Positions 8,581 through 17,968 of a DNA stretch of 64,000 nt are shown piece by piece (the first letter of the stretch is position 1; the number at the start of each line of letters is the position of its first letter). The translations under genes were made by a program, and so were the position numbers. The notes under the pieces were generated by a model, which saw only the letters and a program-made list of their open reading frames with translations, searched no databases and was not told the origin of the DNA. Source of the DNA: Candidatus Doudnabacteria bacterium (GTDB taxonomy: Bacteria; Patescibacteriota; Doudnabacteria; UBA920; O2-02-FULL-48-8). Location: NCBI GenBank assembly GCA_016186915.1, contig JACPKU010000004.1:3168-67167 (forward strand), in the 5' to 3' direction.

Positions 8581-8864
8581 GGCTAGTTGCGTACCCCGTC
8601 CTATCCTTGTGGTAGGCGGGGGTAGGCAACATAAGGTCGCTCGGTACATTTGCAAAAACTACCGGTCGTCAAACTCTGCTGAGTTTGCGACCTACGTGCT
8701 CGCGCCGTCGCGCTGCGCAGGTTAGTTTTGCAAAGCACCTCGCTTAAGAGAAAAAGGTAACGGAAGACCTTATGTTGCTTACAACGCAATAAGTTCTTTA
8801 CATATAATGTCTGTCCCGCCCGGTCGGATGACTGGGCGGGAGCAAGACCAATAAGAAAGGAAGG

Positions 8865-9479
8865 TTGATTGAAATGACCGCCCGTTTTGTGAGGTTGAAC
8901 AGTAAGGCTATTATTTCCGTAATCGCTTTACTTTCATTGTTAACCAACATGCAATTCGCATCAGAAGTTAACGCTGAAGTTCAAACCGAAAACAAAACTC
9001 GACAAGTCTTTGAAATCAAAAACTTTCCACGAATTACAATTCCCGCCATTGATGAATTGCCAGAAGATATGATAGTTGAACCAGGCGAAGTAAACCTCGA
9101 TACGCTTAAATTAAAAAATTCAGAAGTGCTAGCAGAATACTTGGCAAGCAAGCAATCTCCTTTGTCTGACAAGGCTAACTACTTGCTGAACCAGCGAGAC
9201 TGGAGATTGATTATTGCCATTTCCCAAGCCGAATCCCAGATGTGTAAAAGACAGTTGGGCTACAACTGTTGGGGCATCGGCGGCGGAGCTCATCGAAAAT
9301 ATCCAAACCTTGAGTTCGCAATTACTGACGCGCAAACCGTGATCGGTAAATACGTTGATAGTGGCGCAGATACTGCTAAAGAAATCCTGCCAAACTATGT
9401 CGGCTGGGATAACCAAAACTGGGTCTATGCTGTAAATGCCGTGCTGTACCAATTAGACCAGTTGCCAATTGAAGCATAA
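8865..9479 (+). CDS. Secreted protein with a lysozyme-like (SLT/GH23-like) ES motif
   Basis: Signal peptide/TM, and IIAISQAESQMC...NCWGIGGG, which resembles the lytic transglycosylase AIAxxES..G.G pattern. Paralogous to 9877..10581. Confidence 0.4.
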   Translation: MIEMTARFVRLNSKAIISVIALLSLLTNMQFASEVNAEVQTENKTRQVFEIKNFPRITIPAIDELPEDMIVEPGEVNLDTLKLKNSEVLAEYLASKQSPLSDKANYLLNQRDWRLIIAISQAESQMCKRQLGYNCWGIGGGAHRKYPNLEFAITDAQTVIGKYVDSGADTAKEILPNYVGWDNQNWVYAVNAVLYQLDQLPIEA

Positions 9480-9484
9480 AACTA

Positions 9485-9514
9485 AACCCCCTCGCTTGAG
9501 TGCGAGGGGGTTTT
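9485..9514 (+). terminator. Rho-independent terminator
   Basis: aaccccctcgcttgagtgcgagggggtttt (a C5/G5-clamped stem plus a T-run). Confidence 0.65.
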
Positions 9515-9527
9515 AAAATTTCCTTTC

Positions 9528-9614
9528 TGGTGCCCGAGGAGGGAGTCGAACCCTCAATCCCGTAAGGGCAATCGATTTTAAGTCGATCCTGTATCCCAGT
9601 TCCAGCACTCGGGC
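9528..9614 (-). tRNA. tRNA-Leu (anticodon TAA), long variable arm
   Basis: Minus-strand sequence gcccgagtgctggaactgg...atcga-ctTAAaa-tcgat, a long variable arm, ggttcgactcc and CCA. Confidence 0.8.
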
Positions 9615-9718
9615 TTTGCTTGCACTTCGTAGCTCAAAGAGCGAAGAAGTGGAGGCCACGGCGGGATTTGCACGCCGATAGTACAGCCTACGGCTGACTA
9701 CGGGGCAGACCTGTTGAT

Positions 9719-9792
9719 TGGAGGCGTGAACGGGAGTTGCACCCGTCTAAAGGGTTTTGCAGACCCTTGCCTAACTGATCGGCCATCACGCC
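9719..9792 (-). tRNA. tRNA-Cys (anticodon GCA)
   Basis: Minus-strand sequence ggcgtgatggccgatcagttaggc..agggt-ctGCAaa-accct..gggtgcaactccc..cgcctcca. Confidence 0.7.
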
Positions 9793-9876
9793 AACTTTAA
9801 CTATTATACTTACTTTCGAAGAATTTATAAAGCTAACATTCTATCCACATGCTCACATTGACCCCTTAAATAATTT

Positions 9877-10581
9877 TTGTTACTGTTGCTTATAGTAAAC
9901 ATGGACATTCTACATATTCAGAAACTAAACAAAATTTTCCTTAAAGCGACCCACGATAAGCTGCCAATCAGCTACAAACTCGGCGTGCTTGTTCTGTTAA
10001 TAAGTTTATTAGGCCTCAGCGCGCCTCATCAAACAATCGCCCTCGATTCCGAAGCAGAACTGCAAGCCATTGTCTTCGTCCAAGGCGACCAATATGAATA
10101 CCTCAATCTGCTGAAGGAGCTGGCCGAGAAAAATTATCGGATCGATAAACTGAAAAATGAACTGAACAAACAAAGAACTCTGGCCGGCGCCGTGCGAGTG
10201 TATCTGGAAGCTTACCGCTCGCCATTAGCTGGTCACGTCGAAACCCTGATTAAGGCCCGTAACTGGAAAAAGATTGTGGCCTTGGCCAACGCGGAAAGTT
10301 CCCTGTGCCGGAACTACCCGGAAACCACTGCCAACTGTTGGGGAGTAGGCGGTTCAGATTTATGGGTCATGGGCAGCAATTTGGATGAAGGCATTCTGGC
10401 CATGGATGAGTTTTTAATTACTTCTCCGAAAAAATCCGAAATAAAATATACTGATATGAGCTTTGAGCAAATGAACGGCCTATACAAACAGCCAGCCAGA
10501 GACCATTGGGTTGAAAACACTCTGATGATTTATAATGATCTGGAGGCTATCGAAAATAATTTGGCAGGGAACAGTATTTAA
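9877..10581 (+). CDS. Secreted protein, paralog of 8865..9479 (lysozyme-like ES motif)
   Basis: N-terminal TM helix, and LANAESSLC...NCWGVGG, aligning with the paralog's AESQMC...NCWGIGG. Confidence 0.4.
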   Translation: MLLLLIVNMDILHIQKLNKIFLKATHDKLPISYKLGVLVLLISLLGLSAPHQTIALDSEAELQAIVFVQGDQYEYLNLLKELAEKNYRIDKLKNELNKQRTLAGAVRVYLEAYRSPLAGHVETLIKARNWKKIVALANAESSLCRNYPETTANCWGVGGSDLWVMGSNLDEGILAMDEFLITSPKKSEIKYTDMSFEQMNGLYKQPARDHWVENTLMIYNDLEAIENNLAGNSI

Positions 10582-10601
10582 ACCAAAGTTACATTACAAA
10601 A

Positions 10602-10638
10602 CAAAGGTCACCTTTGCAATATGCAAAGGTGACCTTTG
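10602..10638. terminator. Bidirectional terminator (37-nt nested palindrome)
   Basis: caaaggtcacctttgcaatatgcaaaggtgacctttg, between convergent genes. Confidence 0.5.
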
Positions 10639-10647
10639 TAATTACTG

Positions 10648-11775
10648 CTATTCTTCCTTCAAAGCAGTTAAAGCGCGTAGTGACAATCCGAGCCTGTGTT
10701 CTTGCGGTTCAATCGAAATAATCTTAAATTCTCTTTCCTCTCCGACCTTGATAAGCTCCAAGGTATCTTTTACTTCCTCGTTGGACAGTTCCACTGAATG
10801 AACCAACCCATAAATATCCGGATCTAGCTCAACAAATGCTCCAAAGGGCATAACCTTAGTAACCTTGCCTTTGACAATCTGACCCACTTCGTATTTTTGG
10901 ATTGACTCCAGCCACGGATCCTTTTCCAACCTTTTAATGGACAAAGAAATTCTCCCTTTTTCAATGGAGATTATCTGGGCTTTAATTTTTTGGCCAACCT
11001 TGAAAAGATCTTTGGGATGGTCAATTCTACTCCAAGCCAGCTCGGAGATGTGGACCAAGCCCTCCAAGCCCTCACCAAACTTGATGAAGATCCCAAAATC
11101 AACAATGCCGGTAACTTCGCCTTCTACAATTTCATTAATCTTCAACTTGTCGATTTTTGAACGTAACTCGTCTTCGTTGACTGCCTTCTCCGAAACAATC
11201 AACTTTTCATCCTCCGGGTCAGCAGTAATGATCTGCACGTCAAAAATCTGATTGACGTAAGATTTTAGGATTTCTAAAATTTTGATCTTGTCTCCTTCTT
11301 CGACTCTTGGATAGTGCTCAGTCGAAAGCTGGGAAACCGGCAAAAATCCAGTGACGCTATTCACTTCCACCATTAAGCCACCTTTGTTGGCCTCTAAAAT
11401 TTTGGTCTTGATCGTTTCTTTACTTTTCATTCTGTCAACCAGGGTCTTCCAAACGCGCTCTTGCCCGGCTTGTCTGAAAGAAAGTTCAATGTTACCATCT
11501 TTGTTTTCTGCTTCCAGCACTGAGGCAAAGACCTGGTCTCCAGCCTTGAGGGAAGCCAGAGAGACAGCGTCGTCATACAACTCTCTTCCTCTAACCACGC
11601 CCAGGCCAATACCTGGAACGTCAATATAGACTTCGTTCTTCCCAACAGAAAAAACTCGACCTTCCAGAACATCACCAGTTTTAATCACCTTGATGTCCGT
11701 GCCCTCCTGCGCCAACAACTCCTGCATGGTTACTGCTTGATTGTGGGACAGAATGGCTGTAGTTTCGTTTGACAT
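10648..11775 (-). CDS. rpsA: 30S ribosomal protein S1
   Basis: Four tandem S1 domains (repeated G..v.G.V..i..fGaFV.l..g..GL.Hise). Confidence 0.85.
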   Translation of the reverse strand: MSNETTAILSHNQAVTMQELLAQEGTDIKVIKTGDVLEGRVFSVGKNEVYIDVPGIGLGVVRGRELYDDAVSLASLKAGDQVFASVLEAENKDGNIELSFRQAGQERVWKTLVDRMKSKETIKTKILEANKGGLMVEVNSVTGFLPVSQLSTEHYPRVEEGDKIKILEILKSYVNQIFDVQIITADPEDEKLIVSEKAVNEDELRSKIDKLKINEIVEGEVTGIVDFGIFIKFGEGLEGLVHISELAWSRIDHPKDLFKVGQKIKAQIISIEKGRISLSIKRLEKDPWLESIQKYEVGQIVKGKVTKVMPFGAFVELDPDIYGLVHSVELSNEEVKDTLELIKVGEEREFKIISIEPQEHRLGLSLRALTALKEE

Positions 11776-11902
11776 TTTCGTTAAAGTTGATCCAGCTGTT
11801 CAACGCTGTGACAGCTTGGGTATCGAACCTTATTATATGCTAAATTATGGAGAGAATCAAGCCCATTTTTGACTTGTTCAGCCTTCTCAAATCCCTCTAA
11901 AT

Positions 11903-12550
11903 TTGCTAAAATATCTATATATGACAATTTCTTGGTTTGGGTTGTCCAGTTTTAAAATTACTGGCAAGGACATCACTATTATTACCGATCCGTTTGGAAG
12001 CAAATCCGGATTGACCCCAGTAAGAGGGGCGGCTGACGTAATCGTCTCTACTAATCCTGAACATCCTTGGTGCAACAGCTTTTCTTCCGTTTCGTCAACT
12101 CCTTTTATAATCTCGGGTCCTGGAGAGTTTGATATCAAAGGGGCTTTTATTATCGGTGCTCCGGCAGAAAATAAAGAGTTGGGTGCTTCCACTATTTATG
12201 CCATAGAAATTGAAGACGTTAGACTGGCTTTTATTGGCCCCATCCAACAAACTCAACTAACTGAACCCCAGCAACAAATTATGGAAGGCGCGGATATAGT
12301 TTTGGTGCCCGTGGGCAACAAGCAGGTTTTAGATTATGAGTCAGCGGCCAGGATCGCCACCCAATTAGAACCGTTTATCGTCATCCCTCACAGTTTCAAA
12401 ATCCCCAAACTCGATGCTGATCTCGACAAGATTGATAAATTTTTAAAAGAGATGGGTAGCAAATCAGAAGAAATGGAAAAACTAACAATTAAGAAAAAGG
12501 ACCTGTCCGGCGAAGGATCAAGATTAGTGATTCTTACTCCGATGCGCTAA
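11903..12550 (+). CDS. MBL-fold metal-dependent hydrolase (UPF0173-like)
   Basis: MTISWFGLSSFKITG..ITDPF N-terminus typical of the family. Confidence 0.45.
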   Translation: MLKYLYMTISWFGLSSFKITGKDITIITDPFGSKSGLTPVRGAADVIVSTNPEHPWCNSFSSVSSTPFIISGPGEFDIKGAFIIGAPAENKELGASTIYAIEIEDVRLAFIGPIQQTQLTEPQQQIMEGADIVLVPVGNKQVLDYESAARIATQLEPFIVIPHSFKIPKLDADLDKIDKFLKEMGSKSEEMEKLTIKKKDLSGEGSRLVILTPMR

Positions 12551-12555
12551 ATTAA

Positions 12556-13140
12556 ATGAGCCTTAATAGTTTTATCCGCAACCTGCAAAACAAACCATAC
12601 GGAGCAAGAATCCGGATTCTTTGGACGACCACAATTATTATTGGTATCGTTCTCGTTGCTGTCTGGCTTGCCACGCTAAAAAACAATATTTCAAATTTGG
12701 GAGGAGAAAATATTCTGGGGGACAACCCTCTTCCCGACAACAATTTTCTGGCGGATCAAGGGAATCAAGCCCAAAACAATTATATAACCGCGGAGCGGAC
12801 AGGGTTAACACCAGCTGGCGCTTCAGAAATATTTTTTAAGGTCAATAACCCCACCCAAGACATCTTAAACTTCTCCCCTCTGGACCAAATAGAATTAAAA
12901 GTTGGTCAAACAATCTTAACCCCGCTTAAACTAACCAACCGGCAAGGACAAACGTTTGTCAAAAAAATCCTCTCCAACACCGAAAACTTTGGCACCCTAA
13001 CCTTTCAACAGATTGAAGCAGACAACGGTACCTTGATTTTTGATAACTTGTTTTTCGAACAAGCACCAACCAACATTTTTAAAGAAACTCTGGAATTGGA
13101 TTTTAAAAACCTAAGCAAGACGCAGGAACTAAGAGACTAG
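12556..13140 (+). CDS. Hypothetical membrane-anchored protein
   Basis: ORF with an N-terminal TM helix, directly upstream of gyrA. Confidence 0.3.
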   Translation: MSLNSFIRNLQNKPYGARIRILWTTTIIIGIVLVAVWLATLKNNISNLGGENILGDNPLPDNNFLADQGNQAQNNYITAERTGLTPAGASEIFFKVNNPTQDILNFSPLDQIELKVGQTILTPLKLTNRQGQTFVKKILSNTENFGTLTFQQIEADNGTLIFDNLFFEQAPTNIFKETLELDFKNLSKTQELRD

Positions 13141-13144
13141 CTTT

Positions 13145-15604
13145 ATGGCCAAAGAAGAACCAACCCCTATAAACAATATTGGTCAAGTCAACCAACGTCC
13201 GATTGAGCAGGAGATGGAGGAGTCGTACTTAGATTACGCCATGAGCGTGATTGTGGCCCGGGCACTGCCTGATGTGCGGGACGGATTGAAACCAGTGCAC
13301 AGACGCATTTTGTATGCCATGTCAGAACTGGGACTTCGAAACAATGCCAAGTTTAGAAAATCCGCGGCTGTGGTTGGGGAAGTGTTGGCCAAGTACCACC
13401 CGCATGGCGATGTCGCGGTATATGATTCTTTGGTGCGCCTAGCACAGACCTTCGCCATGCGCTACCCCCTAATTGACGGCCAAGGAAACTTCGGCTCTAT
13501 GGACGGCGACGCGCCAGCGGCCATGCGTTACACAGAAGCGCGCATGCAAACTCTCGCAGAAGAGATTCTCTCGGATTTGGAAAAAGAAACCGTGAACTGG
13601 ATGGACAACTATGACGCCACCAAAAAAGAGCCGATGGTTTTGCCAGCCAAAGCTCCCAATCTTCTGCTGAATGGAACTTTGGGAATCGCGGTTGGCATGG
13701 CCACTGACATTCCACCCCACAACTTGAAAGAAGTGGTGGACGCGACCACCAAGTTGATTGATGATCCAACTGCCACTACGGAAGATCTTTTGGAATTTAT
13801 CCAAGGACCCGATTTCCCGACTGGGGGAATAATTTACGACTGGAATGCCATCAAACAAATCTATGCCACGGGTCGCGGACCGGTGGTAACCCGAGCAAAA
13901 ACTGAAATTGTGGAAAACAAAGGGCTGCACCAAATTATTATCACGGAAATTCCTTATCGGGTAAACAAGGCTTCCTTGCTGGAACAGTTCGCCGAACTGG
14001 TGAAGAATAAAAAAGTGGAAGGGATTAGGGATTTGCGGGACGAATCAGATAAAGACGGGGTGAGGATTGTCATTGATTTGAAAAAAGAAGGACTGCCGAA
14101 CAAAATTCTAAACCAGCTGTATAAATACAGCAGTCTGCAGGACACTTTCCACGCCAACATGCTGGCCTTGGTGGACGGGATTGAGCCAAAGGTCCTGAAT
14201 TTAAAAAATCTGTTGGAGTATTTTATTGCCCACCGCGTGGAGGTAATCAAGCGGCGCACCGCGTATGATTTAAATAAAGCCAAAGAACGCGCCCATATTT
14301 TGGAAGGCTTGAAAAAAGCCCTGGATCATATTGACGCGGTGATTGACACCATCAAAAAATCCGCAACCACAGAAGAAGCGCACGTGGCGCTGATGAAAAA
14401 GTACAAACTCAGCGAAATGCAGGCCACTGCAATTTTACAAATGCAGCTGCGCGCCCTGGCCGGACTGGAGCGAAAGAAAGTAGACGACGAACTAAAAGAG
14501 AAAAAGAGACTGATTGCCGAATTGGAGGATCTTTTGCAGAGCGAGAAAAAGATAAAAACCGTGATCAAAACCGAACTTAACCGGCTGAAAGAACAATACG
14601 GCGACGAGCGCAGAACCAAACTGGTCAAACAGCCGATTGGTGAATTTAAAGTAGAAGACTTGATTCCTAACGAACAAGTAATTGTAATTATCACCAAATC
14701 TGGATACGTCAAGCGGGTTGCCGGCGACACTTATAAGTCCCAGGGACGCGGGGGCAAGGGCGTGATTGGCATGACCACGAAAGAAGAGGACGTGGTGGAG
14801 TGGCTCAAAACCACCAACACTCACGACGACATACTCTTCTTCACCAACAAAGGTCGGGTATTCCAAACCAAAGTTTACGAACTGCCCGAATCTTCTCGCA
14901 CCGCCCGCGGCCAAGCCTTGGTCAACTTCTTGGATCTGCCCAACGACGAGATGGTCAGCTCGGTGCTGGCCATTGCCAAAAAAGAACCAGCGGCTTATCT
15001 GGTACTATGCACCAAAAAAGGACTGATCAAAAAAACTCCGATTGAAGAATTCGCCAAGGTTAGACGGTCCGGCCTGATTGCCATTAAACTGAAAGTCGGC
15101 GACGAGCTAAGATGGGTCAAATCCTCATCTGGCAAGGATGATGTCATCCTGTCCACATCGGGCGGCCAGGCCATCCGCTTTGATGAAAAAGATGTCCGAG
15201 CCATGGGCCGGACCGCTGCGGGAGTGAAAGGCATGCGGCTCAAAAAAGATGACTGGATTATGAGTATGGATTTGGTAACCAAAAAGGGCGACCTAGACAA
15301 CGTCCAGCTTTTGATTGTTACAGAAAACGGTCTTGGAAAAAAGACAGACCTGAAATTCTATAAGCGCCAAAAACGCGGCGGCTCTGGCATTAAAACGATT
15401 AAACTAAGCGCCAAAACCGGCAACATTGTCTCTCTTCACGTAATAGACAAGTCAGAAGAAAGAGACCTGGTGGTGATTACCAAAGCCGGACAAACACTGC
15501 GCACGCCGGTGGGGAAAATTTCAACTTTGGGCCGCGCCACTCAGGGTGTTAAAATCATGACTTTGGAAGATAAGGACAAGGTGGCAACAACCACGATCAT
15601 ATAA
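13145..15604 (+). CDS. gyrA: DNA gyrase subunit A
   Basis: [28 protein letters not shown], the active-site Tyr region (AAMRYTE), and C-terminal beta-pinwheel repeats. Confidence 0.95.
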   Translation: MAKEEPTPINNIGQVNQRPIEQEMEESYLDYAMSVIVARALPDVRDGLKPVHRRILYAMSELGLRNNAKFRKSAAVVGEVLAKYHPHGDVAVYDSLVRLAQTFAMRYPLIDGQGNFGSMDGDAPAAMRYTEARMQTLAEEILSDLEKETVNWMDNYDATKKEPMVLPAKAPNLLLNGTLGIAVGMATDIPPHNLKEVVDATTKLIDDPTATTEDLLEFIQGPDFPTGGIIYDWNAIKQIYATGRGPVVTRAKTEIVENKGLHQIIITEIPYRVNKASLLEQFAELVKNKKVEGIRDLRDESDKDGVRIVIDLKKEGLPNKILNQLYKYSSLQDTFHANMLALVDGIEPKVLNLKNLLEYFIAHRVEVIKRRTAYDLNKAKERAHILEGLKKALDHIDAVIDTIKKSATTEEAHVALMKKYKLSEMQATAILQMQLRALAGLERKKVDDELKEKKRLIAELEDLLQSEKKIKTVIKTELNRLKEQYGDERRTKLVKQPIGEFKVEDLIPNEQVIVIITKSGYVKRVAGDTYKSQGRGGKGVIGMTTKEEDVVEWLKTTNTHDDILFFTNKGRVFQTKVYELPESSRTARGQALVNFLDLPNDEMVSSVLAIAKKEPAAYLVLCTKKGLIKKTPIEEFAKVRRSGLIAIKLKVGDELRWVKSSSGKDDVILSTSGGQAIRFDEKDVRAMGRTAAGVKGMRLKKDDWIMSMDLVTKKGDLDNVQLLIVTENGLGKKTDLKFYKRQKRGGSGIKTIKLSAKTGNIVSLHVIDKSEERDLVVITKAGQTLRTPVGKISTLGRATQGVKIMTLEDKDKVATTTII

Positions 15605-15642
15605 GCCCCAAATAACAAATTACAAGTTCCAATTAAAATCCA

Positions 15643-15915
15643 ATGTCTCAAATCCCAAACAATAAATACGACTTGGAGGAGAGGACGTTTAAATTTTCTA
15701 AATCTGTAGCAATATTTTGTAATAAACTGCCGAAAACTGCGTCCAACTTTGAGCAGTCAAGACAAGTTATCAGGTCTTCAGGATCCATAGGGGCAAACTA
15801 CATAGAGGCTAACGAATCTTTAGGCGACAAAGACTTTAAGATGAAATTGAAAACTTGTCGCAAAGAAGCTAAAGAATCAGCATACTGGCTTAGATTAATT
15901 ACAGAGCTTAACTAA
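15643..15915 (+). CDS. Four-helix-bundle protein (23S rRNA intervening-sequence protein family)
   Basis: VIRSSGSIGANYIEANES...CRKEAKESAYWL matches the TIGR02436 four-helix-bundle family. It is free-standing here. Confidence 0.6.
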   Translation: MSQIPNNKYDLEERTFKFSKSVAIFCNKLPKTASNFEQSRQVIRSSGSIGANYIEANESLGDKDFKMKLKTCRKEAKESAYWLRLITELN

Positions 15916-16063
15916 GAAATAAAAGAAGAAGCGGGTAAACTTTACAACGAAGCGATAGAGCTTAAAAAAATATTTTCTACTATCATTAATAACACCAAAT
16001 GATTGAAAATTGAAATTTGGTGTTTAATTGTTATTTGGTGCTTGTAATTTGGGATTTCTCCCT

Positions 16064-16729
16064 ATGCTCTACCTAGTCGCCACCCCGATTGGAAACTTGA
16101 AAGACATTACATTGCGCGCGCTGGAAACTTTATCAGCCTGCGATTTCATCATTGCCGAAAACCCAAAGAACAGTTTGAAACTTCTGCAGCATTATCAAAT
16201 CCCGAAAAAACAAATCATCCAGTTTGCCGAACACAATGAGCAAAGAGTACTTCCAACCCTAATCCCTAAACTTAAATCCCAAAACGCCTGCTTAATCACT
16301 GACGCTGGCACCCCGGGCATTTCCGACCCTGGGTTCCGCTTGGTTCGCGCCTGTATTCAAGAAGGTATTGAGGTGGTCAGCGTTCCGGGACCGTCCGCTG
16401 TACTTACTGCGCTCACGACTTCCGGGCTGCCCACGGACAGATTTTTGTTCGTGGGATTTTTACCTAGGACCGAAAACAAAATAGTTAAACTGATAAAACT
16501 CGGCCACGAGACTGCAAGCACCTTGATTGCGTTTGATTCTCCGCACAGAATAATAAAAACCGTTGGGTTTATTAAAAATATCCATCCGGATTGTAAAATA
16601 GTAGTGGCCAGAGAGCTTACCAAGCTCCATGAAGAACTGCTTCAAGGAACCCCAGAAAAAGTTTTAGAAAAACTTAATGCCATGCCAAGTGTTAGAGGCG
16701 AGATCACTCTTCTGGTTTCATTTAAATAA
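16064..16729 (+). CDS. rsmI: 16S rRNA (cytidine1402-2'-O)-methyltransferase RsmI
   Basis: MLYLVATPIGNLKDITLRALETL and the tetrapyrrole-methylase fold pattern. Start chosen at the ATG at 16064. Confidence 0.85.
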   Translation: MLYLVATPIGNLKDITLRALETLSACDFIIAENPKNSLKLLQHYQIPKKQIIQFAEHNEQRVLPTLIPKLKSQNACLITDAGTPGISDPGFRLVRACIQEGIEVVSVPGPSAVLTALTTSGLPTDRFLFVGFLPRTENKIVKLIKLGHETASTLIAFDSPHRIIKTVGFIKNIHPDCKIVVARELTKLHEELLQGTPEKVLEKLNAMPSVRGEITLLVSFK

Positions 16730-16732
16730 TTT

Positions 16733-17452
16733 ATGTCCGGACACTCTAAATGGTCGACAATTAAACGGCAAAAAGGCGTCGCTGACCAAAAGCGGGGACA
16801 GCTCTTCACCAAGCTGGCCCGGGCGATTTCGGTTGCGGTAAAAACCGGCGGCGGAACAGATCCAACCTTTAATTTTAAGCTTCGCATGGCAATTGATAAG
16901 GCGAAGGACAGCGCCATGCCCAATGACAACATTGAACGAGCGATTAAACGCGGCAGTGGCGAAGGCAAAGATAGTATTATTGAGGCTGTGACTTACGAAG
17001 GCTATGGACCTGCTGGCGCCGCACTTTTGGTTGAGACAATCACGGACAATAAAAATCGCACCACAGCCAACATCCGCTCCATTTTCAATAAACACGAAGG
17101 CAAATTGGGCGAACAGGGATCAGTGGGCTGGATGTTTGAAGCGAAAGGAGAAATTCTGGTGGAGAAGCAACCTGGGATCGAAGATCTCTCAATGGAACTG
17201 ATTGATCAGGGTGTGGAAGATGTAAAAATTACAGACGAAGGCTTAGAGATCTATACCTTACCTCTCGATTTGGAAAAGATAAAAAAGTTTATCACTGACA
17301 AGGGACTGAAGATCTTAAGCGCTGAGCCGATTATGCGCCCGGCGCAAAACATAGAAGCTGTGGAGGGGGATGCTAAAAAAATCCAAGGCCTAATTGAAGC
17401 ACTTGAGGATGACGATGACGTGATTAAGGTGCACACCAACGTAAATCTATGA
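16733..17452 (+). CDS. YebC/PmpR family DNA-binding transcriptional regulator
   Basis: MSGHSKWSTIKRQKG N-terminus is diagnostic. Confidence 0.9.
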   Translation: MSGHSKWSTIKRQKGVADQKRGQLFTKLARAISVAVKTGGGTDPTFNFKLRMAIDKAKDSAMPNDNIERAIKRGSGEGKDSIIEAVTYEGYGPAGAALLVETITDNKNRTTANIRSIFNKHEGKLGEQGSVGWMFEAKGEILVEKQPGIEDLSMELIDQGVEDVKITDEGLEIYTLPLDLEKIKKFITDKGLKILSAEPIMRPAQNIEAVEGDAKKIQGLIEALEDDDDVIKVHTNVNL

Positions 17453-17919
17453 GAATCCTTGGAATTGATCCTGGAACCGGACGAACTGGCTATGCGGTTC
17501 TGGAACATCAAAAAAATAAAACCCGGCTGTTGGAAGCTGGCTGCATTACCACCGGTTCTACCGAGGCAGATTCGGATAGGCTGTTGGAAATAAAACAAGA
17601 CCTGGCGCAAATCATTAAAAAATGGGAGCCGGACACCGCTTGCCTGGAATCATTGTTTTTCACCAGCAATGCCAAAACCGCTATCAAAGTCGGACAAGCC
17701 CGGGGAGTGGCGATGGTAGTTGCAGCTGAACATAAACTTAAAATCGTAGAAGTGACCCCGCTGCAAGTCAAAATCGCTACCACGGGATACGGCAAGGCAG
17801 ATAAAAAACAAGTCCAACGAATGATTCAAAAACTTTTAAACCTAAAAAAAATTCCCAAACCCGATGACGCGGCAGATGCGGCAGCCATTGCCTGGGCAGG
17901 GATAGGCCGCTCGTCTTAA
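17449..17919 (+). CDS. ruvC: Holliday junction resolvase RuvC
   Basis: MRILGIDPGTGRTGYAVLE; stop overlaps the previous gene. Confidence 0.9.
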   Translation: MRILGIDPGTGRTGYAVLEHQKNKTRLLEAGCITTGSTEADSDRLLEIKQDLAQIIKKWEPDTACLESLFFTSNAKTAIKVGQARGVAMVVAAEHKLKIVEVTPLQVKIATTGYGKADKKQVQRMIQKLLNLKKIPKPDDAADAAAIAWAGIGRSS

Positions 17920-17956
17920 TTGGACAACCATAGAACGATAGGTGGGTAGTTGTCCA
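17919..17956. repeat. Conserved intergenic hairpin element, copy 1 (TTGACAAC..GATAGGTG..GTTGTCAA family)
   Basis: ttggacaaccatagaacgataggtgggtagttgtccaa, between convergent ruvC and tyrS. Nearly identical elements lie at 41713 and 54144. Confidence 0.6.
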
Positions 17957-17968
17957 AAGTAGATAAGA

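Noticed and set aside
8601-8789. 62-aa minus-strand ORF inside the structured leader
   Set aside because: No RBS. It overlaps the conserved stem pairings and sits in GC-rich sequence that is better explained as structured RNA.
8590-8860. Leader at 8590..8860 as RNase P RNA, SRP RNA or tmRNA
   Set aside because: None of the hallmark conserved strings is present: RNase P GGAAAGUCCGG/ACAGAAA, SRP GGAAGCAGCCA, or the tmRNA tRNA-like 3' end. It is left as an unclassified structured leader.
9615-9718. Calling a seventh tRNA in the Leu-Cys spacer
   Set aside because: A T-arm/CCA-like 3' part was seen, but no matching acceptor 5' strand or anticodon arm could be paired by hand. It is reported only as a remnant.
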